Source: an uncultured Acidobacteriota bacterium
GTDB lineage: Bacteria; Acidobacteriota; Blastocatellia; RBC074
DNA: 64,000 bases
Direction: 5' to 3'
Assembly: GCA_963796275.1 (NCBI GenBank)
Contig: CAWCKY010000001.1
Location: 1,024,001-1,088,000, forward strand
Shown here piece by piece: positions 39,433 to 49,579 of this stretch (position 1 is the first letter of the stretch; the number at the start of each line of letters is the position of its first letter). The translations under genes and the position numbers were made by a program. The notes beneath the pieces were generated by a model that worked only from the letters and a program-made list of their open reading frames with translations, had not been told where the DNA came from and ran no database searches.

Positions 39433-42400
39433 CTAAAACTTCACCTTCAATCCGAATTGCATCGTCCGCGGGCCGCCCACCGAGCGTGTGATCTGTCCGA
39501 AGTCCGTCTCATCACCCAGATCCGCATTCGGGTTGGCGAAGTTAGCGAAGTTGAAGAGGTTGAACACGTCCCACCGCAGTTCCAGTCCCACTCGCTCGGT
39601 CAGTTGCGTGGTCTTCGACAGGCTCAGGCTAGCCAGCCTCTGCGACGGCCCCCGCAAGACGTTCCGTCCCAGGTTGCCGAATTGGCCCAGGCTCGGGAGC
39701 AATGCCCGATTCGCATCGAACGGATTCTGATTGGTGTTGAAGTAACAGCGAGTAATGTCCTCGCAGTTGCGCTGCTTGAGTAGCTCGAGGCTGCTCACGC
39801 TCGGACGAGCGAAGGCGGGACCATAGAAGGTGCCCGTGCTCGGCCCGACATTGAAAGTGGCATAATTGAGAGTTACACCCTGACTGTTCGTTCGAAACGA
39901 CCGAATGTTGAGGCCTGCCAATTGTGGGGGAAGACCTTCTGCACTCGCGGCATCTCCCGCAAGAACCTGAGGATCTGTAACGAATATAGAGAAGGGTATG
40001 CCGCTCTGCCACTGCCCGAAACCTGACAATTGCCACCCTTTGATCAAGTTCGACTTGGAGCCGAAGGTCGGCAACTCCCAGTTGAAACTCGCCGCAAAAC
40101 GATGCGGACGGTCGAAGTCTGAGAGCGCGTAGTTGGAGTTGATGTCCCTCTGGTCTCCCATCACGACTAAGCCCAGGTTCGGTTGGTCAGGGTTGCCCGA
40201 AGCCGTCGTGCTGCCCGGATCGATCGAACCGATGTCCATCGATTTCGAGAAGTTGTAGGAGAGGGTGAAGCCATAGCCCTTTGAGAAACGCCGGCTGAGA
40301 TTGAACTGAGCCGAGTGGTAAATCGAGTAACCGCGAGACTGGAGAATGATGCTGTCAGTCGGATCAAATCCGAGATACGGAGCGCGCAGTGCCGGATTGA
40401 GCAAAGCCCCAAAACTAGCAGATTGTTGATCGACATTCCCGTTCCCGAGGAAGATAGGACCATATCCCAGTGCATCTAACAAACCATTCACCTGCAATAG
40501 TCTGAACATGTTCTCAGTGTCATCACCAAATGTTATTCCACGCCCCCGTTCTCGTGCCGTGGCGCCTGGATTCAGGGGTTCGTAACTAGGAGCACCATTT
40601 ACACCGCCAGGAACGCTTGGAACCCTGGCTAAGTCGGCGCCTAGCTTACTCCGCTCCCATGGGTCGTTAAGGCGTTTGTAGATGTAGTCAGGAGTGTTCG
40701 GATCGTTGAGGTCATAAGGTTGGTTAAAACCGACTGCGGTTAGCAGTTTGAGTCCTCGCGTGCCGACATACCGCGCTTCTACCACCCAGTCATTGCCAAT
40801 CTGCTGCTGTATGCCAAAATTCCATTGTTGGATGTAAGGTGTTTCAAGATCGCGGTCAACCGCGCGAAACTCGATAGGCTCAGCTATGTTACCTGTGAGC
40901 GGTATCTCCGCTTTCAAGAGATCAGCACGCCTAACCCCCCTGGGTTGGCCCGGTAAGCTCGTTATTTCCCGCACCCGTCTTAGCAGGTCCGGGTCATCAG
41001 CCAGTTTAGCCCAATCGATGCCGGTGATTTGAGGATTCGCACCTGTCACGGGCGTTCCGTCATAAAGCCTGGTTGTTTCATTGGGGATGTAATATACGCC
41101 AAATGGCAGGTAGTCAAGGAACGGGTATGATGGGAGTTGCGCCTGAAACGCCGTGTCATATGGAACAAGCGAAAAGCTCCCGGTCGTCACCTCGATCTCT
41201 CGTAGGAATGGCAGATTCGTGTAGAGCGTGTTCATATATGCTGCCGATGGCCGGTCATAGAAAATCCCATACCCGCCTCGGATCACCGTCTTCCCGCTCG
41301 CAAATGGCGTCCAGGCAAATCCGACGCGCGGACCAAAGTTGTTGAGGTCCTGCCCGTTGAGCGTGTGCTTGTTGTCCACCTGAGCCATTCGATTAATTGA
41401 ATTGTCAATCGCATCGAAGCCCGTGCGCCGGACATTGCTGGGCAGGATGAATCCCGGTCTGATATCTTCGGTCGAAGTCAATCGCGAAAAATCGAAGTTG
41501 GCGATGCGGCCGAACTGCTCCTCCGGCCAGGCATACCAATCCCAGCGCAGACCGATGTTCAGCGTTAGCTTTCTGTTTACCTTCCATTCATCCGAGACGT
41601 ACCAGCTCAGATCGTTAAAACGAAACTGCTTGTCGGTAATTCCAAATTGCGTATCGGCTTCCGTCGCATTGCCGGTAACCAGCTGGTTGAATGCGAGTGC
41701 TCTCTCGAACTGTACCCCCTGCTCTTCGGGCAGGTTGGTGTCGAAGTAATTGCGTTTCGCCTCGACTCCGAAGCGGAATGAGTGTGAGCCGCGCACGTAG
41801 GTCAGGTTGTCGGCCAACGTCATGGTGACCTGTTTGCGCCGGTTATAGATGTCATTCGGCGGACAGATCGATAAGTCCTGGAGGTTGTTGCGAAAGGCGA
41901 AGTTGGCGCAGCGCTGCGTCTGCAGCCCCGGCTCGAAGAACCTGGCAGGGTTGAAGATGCCCAACCCTTCGTTGGTCAACTCGGGCACAAGGAACCGCTC
42001 GTCGAGCTGGCGGCTGTTATCGAGCCAAAAATAACCGAATCGCGCCTCGTTGATGAAGTTTTGCGAGAAGACGTGGGTGTCTGTGAACGAGAGGGTGCGG
42101 TTGCGATCGTTCTTGACCAGCGGGGTCGGGGAAGCGAGGGTGGAGTTGGGAAAAGGGTTGGTACTGGGGAAATTGGCGAAGAAGAAGGTCCAGGCCAAAG
42201 TGTTCGAGCCGGTATTGCCCTGAAACAGGTTGTAGTCGAGACGCGTGGTGAACTGATCCTGTATAAAATCGGCGGGCGACACGTTGCGCTGCCGGACGAG
42301 TGGAAGCGCGCCGATTGAACCAGCGCCCCCTGAGCCCAGATCTTCTAAACGGCAGGGCACAAAAGTCGTATTCTGCTTCCAATTTTGTGGTGTACCGCTT

Positions 42401-43677
42401 TGAGGATTGTCCGGAAGATTTAGACAGTTCCCGAAGAGACGTTCGGCATTCGGCCGAGGGGTTGGCACGATGTAGTCGCCCGTCAACGGATTGCGCGTCA
42501 TCAGGAGCCGTGTTCCCGGCGAGGTCGGGTCAACGCGCCGGCTTCGAGTAAGTTGATCATCGCAATTAGCTTGGCCCCGAATGCAGACGACATAATCTAT
42601 GTTATTAGGACCGAGGTTAAGATCAATGGCACGATTGATCGCGTTCGACAGCGCCTGGGGCGTCCGCTCCCCTTGCACCATACTGAGATACTCCGGCAAT
42701 ACCACCAGACTCTGCGCCGAGGGCACATAGGCCGTGCTCGCATCCGTCCTCTGATAGCTCCCGAAGAAAAACAATTTCTCCTTGATCATCGGTCCGCCCA
42801 GTGTGAACCCGCCCTCCAACCTCCTCGCCTTCTGCCGGTCGATCCCATCCCGATTGAAGAAGAAGTCGTTGGCATTGAACTTCTCATTTTGTCCGTAGAA
42901 GTATCCAGTACCCGAGAACCGGTTGCCTCCGCTTTTAGTCACGATCTGGATGTTGCCGCCGCCGCTTCTGCCGATCGATGAGTCATATAAGCTGCTCTGC
43001 AGTTTGAGTTCCTGAATCGTCTCGGGAGCTGGCGAGATGTTCTCGGTCAGAGTGCCTTCGCCCGAGAGGTTGGTGGCATCGATCCCGTTGAAGAAGACGC
43101 TGCTGCTGGTGGTCCGTGTGCCATTGATGGCTGCGGAGATGTTGCCCGTATCGTTGGTGTTTGCCTGGGGCAGATCGGCGCCTGCCGAGGTATCGGTCAG
43201 GATGCCGGTGGTGATGCTTCTGGTCGGTGAAGGTAAAGCATTTATTTGCCTGGCATCGAGAGTGGTCGAGGTTGCCGGCGTGGTGGTGGGAGGCAACGGC
43301 GCATTCTCGGCTGTGATCTCTAAAGCGAGAGCGATCTCGCCGATTTTGAGTTGGACATCGACAACCGATGTACCGGTCTGTAACTGCGCGGGTTGCTTAA
43401 GCGTCGAGAAGCTGGAAGCTTCAAATGTTATTTCATAGCGACCGATAGGGAGAACCGGAATAGTCCATCTACCGTTTTCATCGGTTGTGGTCTCGCGGGT
43501 AACATTCCGATCAAGGTTTAAAGCCTTTACCTTAACGCCGGTAATAACTGCATTGTTGGTATCGCGAACTGTTCCGGTGAAGTTTCCATTGTCCGAGTTC
43601 TGAGCCAAAACACTTGTTGACAACAGGAGACATAGGCAAATTGAAGCTGCCAAGCTAATGATCCGATGCTTTTTCAC
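39433..43677 (-). CDS. Large TonB-dependent receptor (Oar-like), 1414 aa, intact
   Basis: Signal peptide, carboxypeptidase-like N-domain, GFTLGGP, NFGPRVGFAW, IRGGYGIFYD, QWNFGIQQQ, PRTMQFGLKVKF. Confidence 0.93.
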   Translation of the reverse strand: MKKHRIISLAASICLCLLLSTSVLAQNSDNGNFTGTVRDTNNAVITGVKVKALNLDRNVTRETTTDENGRWTIPVLPIGRYEITFEASSFSTLKQPAQLQTGTSVVDVQLKIGEIALALEITAENAPLPPTTTPATSTTLDARQINALPSPTRSITTGILTDTSAGADLPQANTNDTGNISAAINGTRTTSSSVFFNGIDATNLSGEGTLTENISPAPETIQELKLQSSLYDSSIGRSGGGNIQIVTKSGGNRFSGTGYFYGQNEKFNANDFFFNRDGIDRQKARRLEGGFTLGGPMIKEKLFFFGSYQRTDASTAYVPSAQSLVVLPEYLSMVQGERTPQALSNAINRAIDLNLGPNNIDYVVCIRGQANCDDQLTRSRRVDPTSPGTRLLMTRNPLTGDYIVPTPRPNAERLFGNCLNLPDNPQSGTPQNWKQNTTFVPCRLEDLGSGGAGSIGALPLVRQRNVSPADFIQDQFTTRLDYNLFQGNTGSNTLAWTFFFANFPSTNPFPNSTLASPTPLVKNDRNRTLSFTDTHVFSQNFINEARFGYFWLDNSRQLDERFLVPELTNEGLGIFNPARFFEPGLQTQRCANFAFRNNLQDLSICPPNDIYNRRKQVTMTLADNLTYVRGSHSFRFGVEAKRNYFDTNLPEEQGVQFERALAFNQLVTGNATEADTQFGITDKQFRFNDLSWYVSDEWKVNRKLTLNIGLRWDWYAWPEEQFGRIANFDFSRLTSTEDIRPGFILPSNVRRTGFDAIDNSINRMAQVDNKHTLNGQDLNNFGPRVGFAWTPFASGKTVIRGGYGIFYDRPSAAYMNTLYTNLPFLREIEVTTGSFSLVPYDTAFQAQLPSYPFLDYLPFGVYYIPNETTRLYDGTPVTGANPQITGIDWAKLADDPDLLRRVREITSLPGQPRGVRRADLLKAEIPLTGNIAEPIEFRAVDRDLETPYIQQWNFGIQQQIGNDWVVEARYVGTRGLKLLTAVGFNQPYDLNDPNTPDYIYKRLNDPWERSKLGADLARVPSVPGGVNGAPSYEPLNPGATARERGRGITFGDDTENMFRLLQVNGLLDALGYGPIFLGNGNVDQQSASFGALLNPALRAPYLGFDPTDSIILQSRGYSIYHSAQFNLSRRFSKGYGFTLSYNFSKSMDIGSIDPGSTTASGNPDQPNLGLVVMGDQRDINSNYALSDFDRPHRFAASFNWELPTFGSKSNLIKGWQLSGFGQWQSGIPFSIFVTDPQVLAGDAASAEGLPPQLAGLNIRSFRTNSQGVTLNYATFNVGPSTGTFYGPAFARPSVSSLELLKQRNCEDITRCYFNTNQNPFDANRALLPSLGQFGNLGRNVLRGPSQRLASLSLSKTTQLTERVGLELRWDVFNLFNFANFANPNADLGDETDFGQITRSVGGPRTMQFGLKVKF

Positions 43678-43787
43678 TGTACTTTATCTCCATTAAGGGG
43701 GGTTAGAAGCCATCTCTAATAGCTTAGAGATAGGTTGAAAGGGCTTAACATAGCCATTCTAGTATGTGCCCCATCACTTACAGGCGT

Positions 43788-43817
43788 GTGAGCCGCAAAG
43801 GTTACTTTGCGGCTCAC
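43788..43817 (-). terminator. Intercistronic 13-bp perfect hairpin
   Basis: GTGAGCCGCAAAG-GTTA-CTTTGCGGCTCAC. Confidence 0.65.
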
Positions 43818-43893
43818 GCAGGTTATTCTTCGAGCTTATTTCTGCTCGAATACCGTCGTTTATTTGGTTGTTACTCGCTGGCGGATTCCGCAA

Positions 43894-44772
43894 TTAATTG
43901 GACGCAAGCTGACGCCAAGGAATGTCAAACCCTTCCAGATCCTCGGGAACTTCGAGACCGCTACCGGCCAAACGAAGCTCTCCGATAAGCGTGATTGATC
44001 CGCTAACAGAGACTGACCAGAGTCTTCCCAGATTCGCACCATCGCCTTCGGTGATCATGTAGAGATTGGTTCCAGTTCCATTAGCTCCTCTGAAGTTAGC
44101 CAAGCCCGTGTCTTCGTTGAGGCTCACACCGAATGAGCCGACGGGTTCGAACACCTGGTCGTCAAAGTTATATTGATAGAGCGAATCGGTGAGGCGACCG
44201 TCAGTGGCAAACAATTCGCCGTTGCCGCCAACTGCCAAACCATCAAGAGCAACGCCTGGTGTGGTTGAAAGCAGGGTTCCCATACCCGTCGACGGGTCAA
44301 TCATATAGAGGCGGGTGCCCGCGGCCGGGTTTAGATCATCGGTGTGTATTGAATAGGCTGTAAGAGTGGTATGGTCCCAGGCAGCGCCGGCTTCAGTACC
44401 AAAGTTAATATTGGTTAGACCAACGAGAACGCCGAGTCCTGTCGGGTTAGCTGCTGCAGCGGTGAGGTCAACCAAAACGCTCGGGGCTCCCGTGCTAGTA
44501 GCGTCAGGAGTTTCCGCCACGCCGAACAATCTTGAGTTGGTAGGACCGTCAATCGAGAAGAAACCTTCGAGTTCCTGTGCGACATTGGTAAGGCCCACTG
44601 GGACAGTGGCGCCTGGGTTGTTTAAATCGATCCGATAAATTCTATTACCACCGCCACCCGGGTTATCGAGATCGGTGGCTGTGTAGCCGACCATCGCGCC
44701 TTGCGCCAAGGCGAACGATTGTGCAGAAGCAAGAATTGCTGCAAATGCAACTAAGCGAACAAATGTTTTCAC
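43894..44772 (-). CDS. Secreted Gly/Thr/Asp-rich protein, probable beta-propeller
   Basis: GGAGG RBS, signal peptide (ALA-Q); repeated LYxID/VG/xGLA blade-like units. Confidence 0.75.
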   Translation of the reverse strand: MKTFVRLVAFAAILASAQSFALAQGAMVGYTATDLDNPGGGGNRIYRIDLNNPGATVPVGLTNVAQELEGFFSIDGPTNSRLFGVAETPDATSTGAPSVLVDLTAAAANPTGLGVLVGLTNINFGTEAGAAWDHTTLTAYSIHTDDLNPAAGTRLYMIDPSTGMGTLLSTTPGVALDGLAVGGNGELFATDGRLTDSLYQYNFDDQVFEPVGSFGVSLNEDTGLANFRGANGTGTNLYMITEGDGANLGRLWSVSVSGSITLIGELRLAGSGLEVPEDLEGFDIPWRQLASN

Positions 44773-45306
44773 TATTTTCCTCCAGAGTTAGCAACCAAGC
44801 TTGCCCATAAAAGCTCAGTTGCCGGTTAAGGGTAAGTAAGTCTTTCGCTATAAGGCAATTGACTCGTGCGACAAGTAACTCTTAAATAACTTTTTCTCGC
44901 TTCATAAGCGCATTACCACACAGTAAGGCCAAACATCCCAAAAGATGATCGAAGTCGCTGTTCACCGTGTGAGCAGGTGCGCCACAAGCCTGGATCAGCT
45001 GCTAAGCCTCTGACATAGCCTCTGGACACACTACTCCCCGCTCGCGCATAAGGTATCCACGAATAGGTACTCTGCTTTGTTAGAGGAGTATTGGGTAACC
45101 ACTCGCTGGCTTTAGAGCATTCATTTAGAAAGGTTAACTAGACCGGCACCTGGCGATATTATCTCATTGTAATAACCGCCCTACCACAAATGTTGCATCA
45201 CCGTTACTTTCTGGAAACCTGTGAGTAGTTACGTTTTAATGACTCTGCTACACAACCACAGATCATTTATGACTATTTAGACACATTCTCTTACAAGGCT
45301 GATAGT

Positions 45307-45562
45307 TAGTTGATGAGTGCGCAAATAAAAGATCATTGAACCAACGTTATCAGTCCTGAGCGCCAGCGGCGCGGGATGTTTTTAGAACTCGTTCTCCCGC
45401 ATCTCACAAGCTCTCCGGAGGAGAGACATATTGAATGCCTGAATGTCGCTCCTCCGGAGCTTGTGAGACTTAGTGAATCGAATGCTATATGCATCGGGCT
45501 CCTCCGGAGCCAATCAGAAGCTGTTGATAATAACCACCTTTAATTTGCACAATCCTCAGTTA
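45307..45562. mobile_element. MITE-like element: REP doublet core (45358-45510) inside 25-bp imperfect terminal IRs
   Basis: IRs 45307-45331/45538-45562 (19/25); core homologous to 54440-54590. Confidence 0.6.
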
Positions 45563-46029
45563 GTTGCCTATGTTGGAGAATTATTTATGGCCGATATTAC
45601 ATAAAAGTAACTGCTGCAGTTACTAATGGCCGAAATCAGATCGATATGCTCATTGAATGTTGATACTGTGCTTTACCGGAGTTTCAAACAATTGAAACTA
45701 ATAAATATCACGGCTGATAGATCGTTGCCAATGCAAAAAGATGTTAAATTATTGGTGTGAAATTGTTGAAGTGTAACGGTTCAATGCAATGGATGATGTG
45801 GTTGCGCAGGTGCATGAATACTTACTCAAACGCTTTCAATGGAAGCACGGCTTATTAGTCTCGGAAGAAGAAGTAAACATTGAGTAACGGTCGAGTAATC
45901 ATCGATAAGAGTGGCTTATGAGTATTATGATAGATTGAAATTGAAAACCTGTCTGATCTAACTTTCTATGTCAGGAAACAAACAGGTTCGTTGAAAAAAT
46001 CAAAATAGAAAGATCAAACACAATAGTGT

Positions 46030-46758
46030 TTATTGGTTTTCTTCCACATCGGGGCGCAAATAGTCCGGGCCTCTCTTCCAACCAGTCAGCATCGAATTGA
46101 GATTGTTCCATCCGTGAAGTGCGACCATCACCAAATGGCCCGGGATGAAGGAGAGGAAACCGATCATTGTGGCAAAATGGTAGATGCGGATCATCCCGTA
46201 TCCGCCGAGCAACCATATAACAAACGCGAGTTGTGTGGGCTGGTAAAGCAATAGCCCGGTTATTACCGCAAGAACTCCGAGGAGGATCGTCGATGTATAC
46301 GCGAGCTTCTGCAGCGGATTGTACGGCTCGGTCTGTTCCGGTTTAGGTTTAAAAAAGAAATAATGCCGCACCATCGGCAGGAGACCGGAAAAGTCTTTCG
46401 GTAGGAAGATGACCTGACGCCAATGACCGCCGGACCACAAGTAGATGAAATAGGCGATTCCTGAAAGCGCGAATAACCAGGCGAAACTGAAATGCCATTG
46501 CAGCGCCCCGCCCAACCATCCGCCGAGTCTCATCAGATCGGGGAAGTGCAGAAAATCTTCCTGCGGAATCTTTGAGCCGAAGCTCGGAAACGCCATATAG
46601 ATTTGCAGCCCGCTCATGATCATCACCAGCAGCGAGATGGCATTGAGCCAGTGAGTGAAACGCACCAGCCATGGATGCTCGCTCGCGAATACTTCCCGCC
46701 GGCCGTCGATTTCTGCAGCTATTGTCCGGATATTCAATCCTGATTTGGTAGTCGCCAT
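46030..46758 (-). CDS. Cytochrome b subunit (Ni-hydrogenase/thiosulfate reductase cyt b family)
   Basis: RFTHWLNA, SGLQI, WHF, YNPLQKLAY, His ligands. Confidence 0.88.
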   Translation of the reverse strand: MATTKSGLNIRTIAAEIDGRREVFASEHPWLVRFTHWLNAISLLVMIMSGLQIYMAFPSFGSKIPQEDFLHFPDLMRLGGWLGGALQWHFSFAWLFALSGIAYFIYLWSGGHWRQVIFLPKDFSGLLPMVRHYFFFKPKPEQTEPYNPLQKLAYTSTILLGVLAVITGLLLYQPTQLAFVIWLLGGYGMIRIYHFATMIGFLSFIPGHLVMVALHGWNNLNSMLTGWKRGPDYLRPDVEENQ

Positions 46759-46774
46759 ATCTTCACCTCGATCA

Positions 46775-47512
46775 TCAAATCCCGCCATACCAGGAATAGC
46801 CTATGTCTTCCCAAAACCCTTTATCTTTGCGCAGCACGCTGCTCACGCGCAGGGAGTAAAGATGCTTGGCCGACTTATATCCGAGTTTGATCGGCATATG
46901 AATGCGCAACGGGGCGCCGTGAGCGGCCGCCAGCGGCTGCCCGTACATCTCGTAACAGAGCAGGGATTGGGGATGCAGGCAACTCGCCATGTCGTAAGAC
47001 GTGTAATAATCATCGAGGCACGCGACTTCGACGAACCGCGCGCCTTCGTCTGCGCCCACCAATTTCAGGAAGTCTGCCATTCGTGCTCCGCCGAAATTTC
47101 CGATCACGTCCCATCCTTCGATACAAAGATGCCTGACGTTCTGCATCTGTTTGGGTAAAGATTTGATCTGCTCAAGCGTATATTCGCCTGGTCGTTTAAC
47201 CATCCCTTCGACAGAGAGCGTCCATTTGGCGAGATCGTTCGCGGGGTCATATTCGGAATAGCTGTTGATGGGAAATCTTTCGAGCGGCGTAACCTTTCGA
47301 TCGCTGAATGTCTGTGCCATCCGCCGGCTGCTGAAGAACTGCTCCGTCGCACGATCGGTCAGATCGAGACCGCGTTTGATGATTTTTTCGTTAAATCCGG
47401 GGAGGGCAAACGCTCCCATAACCATTATCGGCGTTAGTTTGAGCAATTCGCGCCGGTTCATACGGCGTAACGCTTTCTCGGTTAACAACTCCGTTTTTGT
47501 TTCATCTTTCAT
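46775..47512 (-). CDS. Sulfite-oxidase-family molybdopterin oxidoreductase (MsrP/YedY-like) with Tat-like motif
   Basis: NRRELLK, HLCIEGW, HGAPLR, KLGYKSAK, GFWED. Confidence 0.9.
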   Translation of the reverse strand: MKDETKTELLTEKALRRMNRRELLKLTPIMVMGAFALPGFNEKIIKRGLDLTDRATEQFFSSRRMAQTFSDRKVTPLERFPINSYSEYDPANDLAKWTLSVEGMVKRPGEYTLEQIKSLPKQMQNVRHLCIEGWDVIGNFGGARMADFLKLVGADEGARFVEVACLDDYYTSYDMASCLHPQSLLCYEMYGQPLAAAHGAPLRIHMPIKLGYKSAKHLYSLRVSSVLRKDKGFWEDIGYSWYGGI

Positions 47513-47534
47513 CGTCTTTCACTGATCTTTCTCC

Positions 47535-47598
47535 CGGGGCAACGGGGCAACGGGGCAACGGGGCAACGGGGCAACGGGGCAACGAGATAACATGGCAA
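47535..47598. repeat. (CGGGGCAA)x6 perfect plus two degenerate units
   Basis: Read directly. Confidence 0.95.
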
Positions 47599-47616
47599 CC
47601 GCAGTGCGCACGGGGC

Positions 47617-47659
47617 AAAAAGAAAGGGTGCACAGGTTACAACCTGTAACACCCTTCTC
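47617..47659 (-). terminator. Terminator of the fasciclin gene
   Basis: AAGGGTG(C)ACAGGTT / AACCTGT(AA)CACCCTT stem with a T-tract on the minus strand. Confidence 0.65.
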
Positions 47660-47705
47660 TTCATTCCCAGCAATTATATGGAGTATGAATTTGCTGGATT
47701 TATAA

Positions 47706-48257
47706 TTACGGCAACAAAACTTTATCGACTACGTGGATCACGCCATTCGACTGATTGACGTTGCTGATCGTAACCTTCGACGCGCCGCCCTTGGTATCGG
47801 TGACGGTGATCGTTTCGCCGCTGGCTGTCGCTGTTAACTCGCCGCCTTGGACGGTCTTGAGCTTTGCCTTACCGCCGCCCTGCTTGATCATTCGCTGCAG
47901 AGCCGCCGCGTTGTAACGGCCCGCGACAACGTGATAGGTCAGAACCGCCGTCAGCTTGGCTTTGTTCTCCGGCTTGAGCAGTGTTTCCACGGTGCCAGCA
48001 GGAAGCGCGCTGAATGCGGCGTTGACGGGAGCGAAGACCGTGAACGGGCCCGCGCCCTGTAGCGTTTGGACAAGACCCGCGGCCTTGACTGCGGCGACGA
48101 GCGTGGTGTGATCCTTTGAATTGACTGCGTTCTCAATAATGTTTTTGTCCGGATACATCGGTGCGCCACCAACCGTCACAGGTTTCTGTGCCAGGGCCGC
48201 GCCAGTCATCACCAGCGAAGCAAACAAACTAAGTGCAAAAGTCTTTAACATTTTCAT
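47706..48257 (-). CDS. Fasciclin (FAS1) domain protein, secreted
   Basis: TLVAAVKAAGLV, GPFTVFAP, LTYHVV, SNGVIHVVDKVLLP; start 48257 or 48266. Confidence 0.95.
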   Translation of the reverse strand: MKMLKTFALSLFASLVMTGAALAQKPVTVGGAPMYPDKNIIENAVNSKDHTTLVAAVKAAGLVQTLQGAGPFTVFAPVNAAFSALPAGTVETLLKPENKAKLTAVLTYHVVAGRYNAAALQRMIKQGGGKAKLKTVQGGELTATASGETITVTDTKGGASKVTISNVNQSNGVIHVVDKVLLP

Positions 48258-48796
48258 TCCCTTCATTAAGTTCAGGTTAAGGTATAGTAGATTCATCGTA
48301 CTACTTCATACCACTTCCGGGCTGGTTGCCCATCAATCTAACAAAGAAGATTACGTGGGTGTGATGTTGGCAGATCTCTCGGGTGAGACAATTTTACATA
48401 TATATAAACCTAAGCAATAAAAGCTCTTTAAAATCAAGCGGATGAGAGTACACGAGGACGCCAAATACCACTCGAGTACAACTGCCGGCGCCAGTGTACA
48501 GTCACTCTGGAGGCGGCGTGCGACGGGGAGATTCCAGTTTGTTTCATCCAATCTTAGCCGAAAAACCGATCGGGGCCTTCGAGTATGATTGGAAGCAACT
48601 TACTCAGCTCTGAGCATCGAGGCAGGATCGGTCCGCGCGATTCTCCTGGCCGGGATCAGTGCTGCTTATAGGATCGCTGTAATCAAGATTACGACCGCGG
48701 CACTGCGGTGACCCAGTCTCGGGGGGGACTCCGTACAAGTATGTCTCGATGGGATCCTTTCTCGTATTTTCTACATCAGCACGCGCGCGGGGTAAT

Positions 48797-49336
48797 TTAA
48801 TTCTCTGAGATTTCTTTTGAAGCTATCTCCACCCGCTCATTTTCGATGTAGTAGTGCGGCTCACCATCGTAGGGCTCATCCTGCAACTCGGTGGCTGGCG
48901 CCGTCTGGAACGAGATGACGCACCAGCCCCCAGCTCCTGCGACCGCTTGATGAAAGGTGCCAGTCGGAATCACTATCCATTCCCGCTCCGTTACGCCCTC
49001 ATCCAATGATGATGGGAGCTGCACTTCATTTGGATGTTCGGGCTCGCCGATTCTCAAAGATCCTTTCCCGCGCCAGGTGTGCGTGTATTGCGTCGAGTTG
49101 GAGTGCTTATGGATATCGCTTTCTCCGCCGGGCGCAAAGGCAAAGACCCACAATGAACGAAGCGCGGCCATCTCGCCGGGCATTTTCAACTCCGGCATGA
49201 CGACGCGATAGGTCATTTCAAGCCCGGGCCGGGCGCGCAGTTCGGCTTCGCATTCATCGCAGGCACGCTCGATCGCGGCACGGTACTGCGGTTCATCGGC
49301 CAATTTCTGTATTGCCGGGAGAATCGATGTATTCAT
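48797..49336 (-). CDS. Cupin-like hypothetical protein
   Basis: HKHSNSTQY...IPTGTFHQ cupin motifs; AGAGG RBS. Confidence 0.7.
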   Translation of the reverse strand: MNTSILPAIQKLADEPQYRAAIERACDECEAELRARPGLEMTYRVVMPELKMPGEMAALRSLWVFAFAPGGESDIHKHSNSTQYTHTWRGKGSLRIGEPEHPNEVQLPSSLDEGVTEREWIVIPTGTFHQAVAGAGGWCVISFQTAPATELQDEPYDGEPHYYIENERVEIASKEISEN

Positions 49337-49579
49337 TTAAACCTCTAAAATTCAGAGTTGGAAATTCGCCACAAAAAACACAAAGAACATAGAATATAAA
49401 GAGACACGGAGTAACGTAATAAGGCGTCTCTGACAGCACTCCATTAAATCATGTAATTATTGTTGGTAGGCGAGCCAATAATCATGGTTCGTAGGCGAGC
49501 CAATCGTGAATTGTCGATAAATAATGCGACGATCTGACAATCGTTTGATGTTCATAACTTCCAACTTCCGTCACAGTTT

